From: Thermoplasmata archaeon
GTDB lineage: Archaea; Thermoplasmatota; Thermoplasmata; Thermoplasmatales; GCA-001856825
Direction: 5' to 3'
DNA length: 64,000 bases
Assembly: GCA_021792255.1 (NCBI GenBank)
Contig: JAJYUZ010000003.1
Coordinates: 256,001-320,000 of the forward strand
Below the pieces are notes generated by a model. That model had not been told where the DNA came from. It did no database searches and was given only the letters and a program-made list of their open reading frames with translations. The position numbers were made by a program, and so were the translations under genes. Below, one piece after another: positions 1 through 6,962 of this stretch (position 1 is the stretch's first letter; every line of letters begins with the position of its first letter).

Positions 1-1
1 C

Positions 2-1000
2 GGGAAAGAAATAGCGACTATTCGCGTGTGGGGTAACAATGTATCGGTTCGTACTGCAGATGAAAATGCTTCCGTTAACGGAACCGCACCAGTGACCCCA
101 AACGGCACTGGCTGGATCCTCATCACTGGCAATCTGTTTAATGAGAGCGGTGGAAACGGATCTGGATGGAAGCTGGAAGTTTTCGTAGACAGGACCATAT
201 CGGTTTTCGCGAACATCAGTGCGCCGGTGGGATATTCGTACAGTGGGCTTGAAATCTCGTGTGTCCGGGGAAGTGTATTTTTCACCGACATAATCTTTTC
301 TAGTTATAACATGGCAGTGTTCCTGCCAGGTTATAACAACATGGAAGGATATGGTCAGGGATCAGGGTTTTTGGTAAATCTCCTGCAGCCATTCACCATT
401 CTTCATGCAGATTTCGTTCTCTACAATTGGTCTGTCGCTAGATACTCAACACTGAGTTTTCAGATAAACGCTATGAATTTGATTGCTGCGGAGAATCAAA
501 CGGCGAAAGGTTTCTTTCAACTAGGAATCGATCTTGACCCCAATGGAAAAATAGCCCCGTGGTACGTTGGAGGAAATAATGCAATCGCGGTCTATTTCAA
601 GAATTACATAGGTCCAGATTTTATGCCCGGGTTTAATACGCCCAGTGGAACTGTTCTGGGGCTCACCATTCAGTACCTCCCTCTAGAAAAGATAATATTT
701 TTCCAGATTGTCGACTACAACAAAACGGGAGAAACCAGGTTTTGTAATGCAAGCGTGTCCTATAGTGGTCCCGAATTTTATGCCGCTTACACGCAGCTTG
801 AGACCACATCCTTGGATGAATCTCAGCTTAACGGTTACCGCTTCAATGGAAGCGTATTCGATATTACGCACGGGTCAGATTTCTCGAGCATGACCCCATT
901 TAATAGCAGCTACATGTTGCCCTTTTCGATTGATACACCGGTCACTTGGTCTCTCACCTATTACAACAATTATGTGTCTGGCTACAATCAGGTTGATTAA
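2..1000 (+). CDS. Secreted/surface hypothetical protein, 5'-truncated by window
   Basis: Frame is open from base 2. Asn/Ser/Thr/Tyr-rich with many NxS/T sequons, typical of acidophile archaeal surface glycoproteins. Confidence 0.6.
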   Translation, partial: GKEIATIRVWGNNVSVRTADENASVNGTAPVTPNGTGWILITGNLFNESGGNGSGWKLEVFVDRTISVFANISAPVGYSYSGLEISCVRGSVFFTDIIFSSYNMAVFLPGYNNMEGYGQGSGFLVNLLQPFTILHADFVLYNWSVARYSTLSFQINAMNLIAAENQTAKGFFQLGIDLDPNGKIAPWYVGGNNAIAVYFKNYIGPDFMPGFNTPSGTVLGLTIQYLPLEKIIFFQIVDYNKTGETRFCNASVSYSGPEFYAAYTQLETTSLDESQLNGYRFNGSVFDITHGSDFSSMTPFNSSYMLPFSIDTPVTWSLTYYNNYVSGYNQVD

Positions 1001-1034
1001 CAGAGCGAAATTCTGAAGGTAAATCGGTCCTCTT

Positions 1035-1661
1035 TTATGCCACTGGACCCTGATTACTCAGTTCCTTCTTGAAATCGCTCATCAGCTCTTTTATATTTAC
1101 GATCTCGTATCTCACCCTCTTGTTAGAGATAGCGTCTCTGACCAGCCTTTCCCTCTTTATGAGACCCGAGCTCTCCCCACTCTTTATTTCCAGAAAAATG
1201 ACCTCCATCTCTTCCGTTTCGTCACTCAGCCCTCTGAAAGCTATGAAATCAACCGGAGTACCCAAGTGTCTGAAATCCTTAAGGTTGACACCAAATCTGT
1301 TTGAAAGAAGTACGGGAGAAAACTCTTCACCTATTTTGCCAAGCAGGGTGTTTATGGACTTTTGAATTGCATCCTCTCTGATCTTTTTCTCTTCCTGTTT
1401 CTTCCAGGACTCAAGCTGTACCTGATAGTCCTTCCTGACCGTGTCATTAATCTGGGTTCTCATAACATTGACGCTGGTTTCGGTCCATTGATTGAAGAGC
1501 TTTTGCGCTAATTCCTGGGCCGATTTTTGTCCTGTCAATCTTTCCCTCTCGATGAGTACTCTCAGTCTCGAGATTCTCCTTTCAAATATGAAACTGATAA
1601 TCAGAATTATTACTGCGGAAACAAGAAGCAGTCCTATTATCAGAGTGTCTGATAATGTCAT
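1035..1661 (-). CDS. Membrane-anchored Holliday-junction-resolvase-like endonuclease (Endonuc_Holl type)
   Basis: N-terminal TM helix, coiled coil, then GKIGEEFSP...FRHLGTPVDFIAF...FLEIKSG PD-(D/E)xK motif. Confidence 0.8.
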   Translation of the reverse strand: MTLSDTLIIGLLLVSAVIILIISFIFERRISRLRVLIERERLTGQKSAQELAQKLFNQWTETSVNVMRTQINDTVRKDYQVQLESWKKQEEKKIREDAIQKSINTLLGKIGEEFSPVLLSNRFGVNLKDFRHLGTPVDFIAFRGLSDETEEMEVIFLEIKSGESSGLIKRERLVRDAISNKRVRYEIVNIKELMSDFKKELSNQGPVA

Positions 1662-1780
1662 CTGAGATTATCATCATCAGACCTAAAAAGATTTAACTAT
1701 AATGCAGCCAAGGGAGGAATTCCTTTGATGACAGGTATCCAGAGATTCCTGACATATCTGTTCTTCAAAAGGCGTGAACG

Positions 1781-2146
1781 TTAAGATGTTACACTGGCCA
1801 TTACTGGCGAAATGTCCATGTATATTCTGTAGTCTTCTATCATATTCTCTCTGTACTTCAGGACACTGACAACTGGAATGGAAATTACTCTCCCATCCTT
1901 CATGGTGTAGTTTGCGACCGCCTCGACAGCATATCCATTTCCTTGCACATAGACCCCCTTGATATCGTGTCTAAGTCCATTTATCTTCGAGAAAAGATAG
2001 TTCAGTCCAGAAATTAATGCATCTCTTCCTGTCCATAGATCATTATTAGAAAATCGAAATTTCACATCGATAGTCATGAGTTCAGAAAATTCAACTGCAT
2101 TCATTTTGTCTGCAGTCCTAAAGACTTCTTCCACATTTTTGGTCAT
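1781..2146 (-). CDS. SnoaL/NTF2-like family protein
   Basis: 121 aa; FRFSN..GRDA, GLRH and C-terminal DYRIYMDISPV typical of SnoaL-like proteins. Confidence 0.7.
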   Translation of the reverse strand: MTKNVEEVFRTADKMNAVEFSELMTIDVKFRFSNNDLWTGRDALISGLNYLFSKINGLRHDIKGVYVQGNGYAVEAVANYTMKDGRVISIPVVSVLKYRENMIEDYRIYMDISPVMASVTS

Positions 2147-2244
2147 ATTTCCGATATCGCGATGGTGACTAAATTAGTTTCTTTTCCACACAATCACCTA
2201 CCGTACATCGACTCTGTACAACTTTACCGCCATCCGACCTGTTT

Positions 2245-2610
2245 TCACTTCGTTGCAATGACATCTATTTCCACCAAAATATCGTTGTTTGCAAATCCCG
2301 ATACTATTGTTGTTCTTGCAGGTGGGTCCGTCGCGAAGTACCTAGAATAAAGTTCGTTCATTTTCTGAAAGTCTTCACTCTTGGAGAGTTGGACTGTCAC
2401 CTTGACCACGTTCTTCAGAGTAAGTTCTCCGATCTCAAGGATTTTTGCACCTTCACCATTTCATTTCCAAACTGTTCCTCAAGGTTTGCGGCCCTGTTAG
2501 ATACCATACTACCTGTCCTGAGAGATACATAAAATTACCAGTGGCTACCGCATGGAAATAAGGTCCTGCATTGGCGATGTCTGAAACATTTATGTTTATG
2601 CATACCCATA
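2245..2610 (-). pseudogene. ridA: Frameshifted RidA/YjgF/UK114 family gene
   Basis: Minus-strand fragments in different frames: INVSDIANAGPYFHAVATGNFMYLSGQV and LKNVVKVTVQLS..FQKMNELYSRYFATDPPARTTIV..ILVEIDVIATK*. No single ORF spans both. Confidence 0.8.
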
Positions 2611-2774
2611 AGTCAGGTCCCGAAATTTAAGATTTTATTGATTTTGATATTTCTGTTTTCAATCGAGATTTTTTGACAGGAGTTTCTCGACAATTGTTAC
2701 GTCCTTCCATTCTCCATCAAGTTTACCGTGTTTTTAGTAGGTTCCAACTTCCCTGAATCCGACTTTCCTGAGAA

Positions 2775-3074
2775 GTGAACGACTTGCTGCATTTTCTACA
2801 AAGACTCTGGAAACAAGCTTCCACGGAACAGCCCAAGAATCAACCTGCACAGCAGAAACCAGTCCAGCCTCAGGGTGGCTGGAAATCCGAGGTTCTTAGG
2901 CTTCTCAACGAGTTCCCGCAGAATCTTGAGAGGAAATCGCAGTCCAAGATCCAGATTGTGAGGGAGATTCCAAGAAGCGACTGGAACATTGTGAAGAAAG
3001 GTTTTGAGAAGGAAGGGTGGATATACGACTGGAAGGAGAAGGCCTTCTTGATCTCCGAGGAGATGAAGGCATGA
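2775..3074 (+). CDS. Virus-like hypothetical protein (probably a C-terminal fragment)
   Basis: Q/P linker followed by compact domain ending GWIYDWKEKAF. Stop overlaps next ATG (ATGA 3071-3074). N-terminus looks non-coding. Confidence 0.55.
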   Translation: MNDLLHFLQRLWKQASTEQPKNQPAQQKPVQPQGGWKSEVLRLLNEFPQNLERKSQSKIQIVREIPRSDWNIVKKGFEKEGWIYDWKEKAFLISEEMKA

Positions 3075-3661
3075 CAGAAGAAAATGAGACTGCAGCCACT
3101 TCAGGTATTTACTATCAAATATGCCAAGAACGCCAAGATGAATGGAACGGCAATGAACTTCCATCTCCTTATCAGTCTGGCCCTAATGTAGAGGAGGATA
3201 AGGATGAAGTAAAGTCCAATGCAGGCGAAGAAACAAGGGACCGAGTACTTTATGTAAAAGAGAATCCAAGTATAGAAAGAGGGGTAGATGAAAAAGAAAA
3301 TGATGGGAAGCAACACGAGGATGAAGAAGTAGCCTGCAACGATCAAAGAGAAGGGCTGGAATCGGTTGCTCCCGACAAATTTAGCCCACCCTCTGCCCGG
3401 CTTCACCAGAAGTCCAAGGTAGCCAATGACGAGACCGGTAATGAGGATGTAAAGAATCTCAATCCAGTTGCTGATAAATTCACTAGACATTTAAGGAATA
3501 CCTTGGCAATATCATTTACAGCAGGTATAATAATTTCTTCGCTACTATCCACTCTCAGCTTCGATCTGGCCTTTATTGCTCTAGCTTCCGCTCTTGGCTT
3601 ATCTGGTGGACTGATTCTTTCGGAAGTCCTGTTTCTTGAAATAATGGAGGAAAAGGCATGA
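3071..3661 (+). CDS. Acidic protein with C-terminal TM helices (element gene)
   Basis: SD and ATGA coupling at both ends (3071, 3658). Start reassigned from 3017. Confidence 0.5.
   Translation: MTEENETAATSGIYYQICQERQDEWNGNELPSPYQSGPNVEEDKDEVKSNAGEETRDRVLYVKENPSIERGVDEKENDGKQHEDEEVACNDQREGLESVAPDKFSPPSARLHQKSKVANDETGNEDVKNLNPVADKFTRHLRNTLAISFTAGIIISSLLSTLSFDLAFIALASALGLSGGLILSEVLFLEIMEEKA
3101..3490 (-). CDS. Small multi-pass membrane protein, nested antisense
   Basis: 129 aa with about 4 hydrophobic segments and basic loops, entirely inside 3071-3661 on the opposite strand. Confidence 0.6.
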   Translation of the reverse strand: MSSEFISNWIEILYILITGLVIGYLGLLVKPGRGWAKFVGSNRFQPFSLIVAGYFFILVLLPIIFFFIYPSFYTWILFYIKYSVPCFFACIGLYFILILLYIRARLIRRWKFIAVPFILAFLAYLIVNT

Positions 3662-4275
3662 CACTCGAATCAGAAATCATTGAAATTTTCAGGACAAACA
3701 ACCTGAGGCATCTGAGCGCAGTTGTCACTTCTGACGGGCTGATCAAGGTCTCGATACAGGAGAGGAAACCTCCCAGAGTCAAGGGATTCGATCCGGCAGC
3801 ATACTATAGAAACAACAAGGAAAAAATCAAGAAGTACCAGCACGAGTATTATCTGAGGAAGAGAGGGAAGAACCAGAAGACAAGTATTGTCTCCGGAGGG
3901 ACTTATGTTCCGACTCCTGAAGATCTTGCTAAGGCAATGGCATCTCTCTATTCTAAAGATGGAACTGCTCTCAAGGCAGATGAACTCAGGGACACAGCTC
4001 TGCATGTGATGCAGTTCTTTGGGTTCGAGAGGGAGGTCGTTGGAAATCATCTGGAACCGGACGAGATATCGCTGATGTACCAGCTTGAGGACATCGGGCT
4101 GATAAGCACGAGAATAGAGGAACACAATCTCCTGGATGGGAAACCCTGGAGGGTCAACTACTTCATTCTCAATGTTGGGAAGATCAGGGAATATTCCTCA
4201 AAGACAATTGAAGGAAATTCAGCTGATGCGTGCCAGGTCTACGAGAATCTTCCAGAGGAGATGTGGGCGAGATGA
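3658..4275 (+). CDS. Element-encoded DUF6015-like protein with basic N-terminal extension
   Basis: C-terminal half aligns by eye with 19079-19432 (FFGFE..V.N.L...Y.LE..G..ST..E...L..GK.WR). N-terminus carries YYRNNKEKIKKYQHEYY. Confidence 0.75.
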   Translation: MTLESEIIEIFRTNNLRHLSAVVTSDGLIKVSIQERKPPRVKGFDPAAYYRNNKEKIKKYQHEYYLRKRGKNQKTSIVSGGTYVPTPEDLAKAMASLYSKDGTALKADELRDTALHVMQFFGFEREVVGNHLEPDEISLMYQLEDIGLISTRIEEHNLLDGKPWRVNYFILNVGKIREYSSKTIEGNSADACQVYENLPEEMWAR

Positions 4276-4436
4276 AGTATTTTTATTCAGATGCGTGCAC
4301 CCACAACCAGCACCCAATCTGCAAGGAGCAGGAATGCCAGTGCGGATGTCACTTCATTGCAAGAAACAACGGAATTACCCCGGAGGAGTGGAAATCCTAC
4401 CAGGCCAGGGTCGCGAAAGCGGAGGAATCGCTATGA
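4272..4436 (+). CDS. Small Cys/His-rich (Zn-binding) element protein
   Basis: MKYFYSDACTHNQHPICKEQECQCGCH; ATGA overlaps at both ends. Confidence 0.65.
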   Translation: MKYFYSDACTHNQHPICKEQECQCGCHFIARNNGITPEEWKSYQARVAKAEESL

Positions 4437-4732
4437 GGTACAATTGCTCCCTTGACTTCGGGGCTCTGGAAATAGACGGGATCGAGGCAAACAGTAGGGA
4501 GGAAGCCAGGGAAATAGCTATGAGGTCCTTCAAGCCGGTGATCCTCGCCATTGATGAAACAAGCATCAAGGCAACTGCAGGAGAAAGGAAGAGAAGACCG
4601 ATAATAGTCACTGGCCCAAGCACACTTGAGCCTGCCAAAAGGAAGGAATCTTCCAAAGAGATTTTTGAACGCAGGGTCAAGCGTTGCAGGTTGGTTGCAA
4701 AGAATGCTGAGCTGGAGACGGGAGTGAGGTGA
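4433..4732 (+). CDS. Virus-like hypothetical protein
   Basis: GGAGG SD and ATGA start at 4433; EANSREEAREIA resembles motifs in small phage proteins. The extension to 4136 is shadow. Confidence 0.6.
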   Translation: MRYNCSLDFGALEIDGIEANSREEAREIAMRSFKPVILAIDETSIKATAGERKRRPIIVTGPSTLEPAKRKESSKEIFERRVKRCRLVAKNAELETGVR

Positions 4733-4736
4733 GACA

Positions 4737-4850
4737 ATGAGCATGGAGAGCATTTTTCCATTTATCAAGAAAGAGGCAGACGACCGGATCGACGGGGAGC
4801 CAAACCTGCTGAGGTCACTGCTCAGGGTTATGGAGAGGGATGAGAGATGA
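4737..4850 (+). CDS. 37-aa ORF coupled to integrase
   Basis: GAGGTGA SD; MSMESIFPFIKKEADDRIDGEPNLLRSLLRVMERDER*; stop overlaps integrase ATG. Not in ORF track. Confidence 0.5.
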   Translation: MSMESIFPFIKKEADDRIDGEPNLLRSLLRVMERDER

Positions 4851-5815
4851 ACGGAGACCTAGGGATAAAATTGGAGGAGTACCGGATCTGGGCCTTAACG
4901 TTGGGACGCTACTCATCGTCGACCGTAACAAGGTCCGTGAGGAGGATAAGGGAGCTCTCGAAGGCGATCGACGTCCTGAGACCGACGCAGAAGCAGGTCC
5001 TTGACTTCTTTGCAAGGGAGGCAGAGAAGGGGATGAAGCCCCATACCATGAACAACCAGAGGAAGGACCTCGCGTCCTGGTTCAGGTTCCTGGGAATAAA
5101 GATACAGCTCCCCGTTTTCAAGGAGCCTCCTCTCCCGGATCCATGGATACCCACGGACGATGAGGTGAAGAAGGTGCTTGCTGCGGCGGAGAGGTCGGGG
5201 GACAGGATGAGTTCCGCTAGGAACAAGGTTATGGTCGAGCTGCTCTTCTTCGGGGGGATAAGGATAGGCGAACTGATCAAGATAAACCTCACCGACCTCA
5301 GGTCCAACGGAATAAGGATAAGGAGCGAGAAGGGCGAGGCCGAGAGGATCATAGGACTGCCCGGGAGCATCATGGAGGAAATAGCGGAGTTCGTGAGATA
5401 CTACAGGTACAACAGCGACCCTGCCGCATTCTTCACCACCAGGGATGGCAGGATGAGCTATTACTATGCCAGGAACATCCTGAGCCGAATCGGTGCAAGG
5501 GCAGGGGTTCCGAGGTTCCATGCCCATGCTGCAAGGCACTGGTGCGCCACTGCGCTCCTGAGGGGGATTTTCGGCCAAAAACCCCTGGACATCCGCATGG
5601 TCCAAATCCATCTGGGCCACAGATCCCTGAGGACCACCCAGAGGTATACTCACGTAACCCAGGAGGAAGTTGCGGAACAGGTAAGGGGGAGGCTCGCGGA
5701 CTTTTTTCGAGTCGATGAAGAAATGAATTTAGGCACGATGAAAGTCGAATCCGAACCAGAACCAAGTGGGGCTGCCCGGATTTGGACCGGGGTCACAGAC
5801 TCCCAAAGCCCGTAG
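4847..5815 (+). CDS. int: Tyrosine recombinase/integrase
   Basis: Catalytic set: GIRIGEL (R), SEKG (K), HAARH (HxxR), LGH, TQRY (Y). The last 16 codons lie antisense in tRNA-Pro. Confidence 0.93.
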   Translation: MNGDLGIKLEEYRIWALTLGRYSSSTVTRSVRRIRELSKAIDVLRPTQKQVLDFFAREAEKGMKPHTMNNQRKDLASWFRFLGIKIQLPVFKEPPLPDPWIPTDDEVKKVLAAAERSGDRMSSARNKVMVELLFFGGIRIGELIKINLTDLRSNGIRIRSEKGEAERIIGLPGSIMEEIAEFVRYYRYNSDPAAFFTTRDGRMSYYYARNILSRIGARAGVPRFHAHAARHWCATALLRGIFGQKPLDIRMVQIHLGHRSLRTTQRYTHVTQEEVAEQVRGRLADFFRVDEEMNLGTMKVESEPEPSGAARIWTGVTDSQSP

Positions 5816-5839
5816 GATACCAAGCTACCCCACAGCCCC
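5767..5839 (-). tRNA. tRNA-Pro(UGG)
   Basis: GGGGCTG/CAGCCCC acceptor stem, loop TTTGGGA. T-loop reads TCCAAAT instead of TTCAAAT; two G-U pairs in anticodon stem. Confidence 0.9.
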
Positions 5840-5882
5840 TTCCGACCTTATTTTCATTCGGTTTATATTCCTTTCCACGGGA

Positions 5883-6443
5883 TCAGTTTTTCATTTTCTT
5901 TTTTATTATTCTTGATATATTGTCCAGTACCTCTTTCCTTCCCCGATCCGCATTTACTTCAATACCAAAATTGAATTCTGTTGATTTCTTGTGTACCATT
6001 CTCGTTTCGTTTTCTCCAAGAGAGCTCCTCCTGGAAGCATCTCTTCGCATGCACACTTCCAGAGGGACCGCGAGTGTTATCACTATGCCCTCAAACTCTT
6101 TCAGCCGCCCAATCAAATCAAGAATAACACTCTTGTAATAGAAATTTCCGTCAAAAATTACGGGCAATCCGTTTTCAAGTTGCATCATTGATTCCTTCGC
6201 CGCAATTTCATTAACTCTCAAGAAACTCATTTCCGAAATATAGCCATCTTCCCATTCTTCGAGATTGAATTTTTCAAGAATTTCATCTATAGAGATGTGG
6301 TGAGCATTGTAATCTCTGGCTAATTCCTTGGAGATTGTTGTTTTCCCAGCCCCCAAAGGACCTCTGATTATGACGAAGAATGCTTGATGCACCTTTTCAC
6401 TACCTTGATTAATTCCTTTTAGTGCCACAACTTTCCCAGCCAT
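5883..6443 (-). CDS. P-loop nucleoside/small-molecule kinase (AAA_33-like)
   Basis: Walker A GPLGAGKTT; VIFDG; lid motif CMRRDASR. Confidence 0.75.
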   Translation of the reverse strand: MAGKVVALKGINQGSEKVHQAFFVIIRGPLGAGKTTISKELARDYNAHHISIDEILEKFNLEEWEDGYISEMSFLRVNEIAAKESMMQLENGLPVIFDGNFYYKSVILDLIGRLKEFEGIVITLAVPLEVCMRRDASRRSSLGENETRMVHKKSTEFNFGIEVNADRGRKEVLDNISRIIKKKMKN

Positions 6444-6476
6444 TAAAATTATCTACTAATTGTCGCTTCTAAGACC

Positions 6477-6911
6477 ATGAACTGTGAATTGTGTGGAAAT
6501 GTGATGGACCGCTACCACGAAGTCATCATAGACGGAGTGACGATGAAGGTCTGTCATGACTGCGCGAAATATGGAAAGGAGGTCAATAAGAAACCGGTCG
6601 CAGTCCAGAGGGAACAGATTCCACAAACCGTTCAGAAGAAAAATTTTATTCACGTGCCTCCGCCCCCTCCACCAAGAAGGAAGGCTGCAGGCAACCCTGA
6701 AGATACGGAAGAACCGATCATTGATTTTGGCAAGTCAATAAAGAAGAGACGGGAGGAGATGGGTCTGTCCCAGGAAGAGCTAGCAAACAAATTGCAGGAA
6801 AAGAAGAACCTGGTCGCTAAGATAGAGAGGGAAGAGATCAAGCCCGATAAACAAACCGCAAGAAAGATTGAGAAACTGATGGGCATAAAGATCCTTGAGA
6901 AGGTCCAGTGA
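6477..6911 (+). CDS. mbf1: Archaeal multiprotein bridging factor aMBF1
   Basis: N-terminal CELC...CHDC Zn ribbon plus C-terminal Cro-type HTH (GLSQEELA). Confidence 0.92.
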   Translation: MNCELCGNVMDRYHEVIIDGVTMKVCHDCAKYGKEVNKKPVAVQREQIPQTVQKKNFIHVPPPPPPRRKAAGNPEDTEEPIIDFGKSIKKRREEMGLSQEELANKLQEKKNLVAKIEREEIKPDKQTARKIEKLMGIKILEKVQ

Positions 6912-6962
6912 AGATCCCGAGTCTTATTGCGACTCTCTCTGCAACTTGTCCTATTCTTTGAG

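Larger units (their letters stand above)
2775..5839 (+). mobile_element. Left-truncated provirus/integrative element at tRNA-Pro
   Basis: Run of short co-oriented ORFs joined mostly by ATGA overlaps with strong GGAGG/GAGGTGA SD motifs, ending in a tyrosine integrase that overlaps the tRNA-Pro 3' end. The second att copy was not found. Confidence 0.8.

Noticed and set aside
1725-1752. TTGATGA...CTGA as a second C/D sRNA
   Set aside because: Only one imperfect box pair 17 nt apart, with no C'/D'.
4136-4432. N-terminal extension of ORF 4136..4732 and of 3017..3661
   Set aside because: Both overlap better-supported genes; SD and ATGA junctions point to starts at 4433 and 3071.
4909-5765. Long antisense ORFs over the integrase (154, 246, 110 aa)
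   Set aside because: Shadow ORFs expected from GC-richer codon usage, with no recognisable motifs. The same applies to most short antisense ORFs in the track.
4847-5815. Classical SSV1-type split integrase
   Set aside because: This fragment has its own start, N-terminal domain and all catalytic residues; only the tail overlaps the tRNA.
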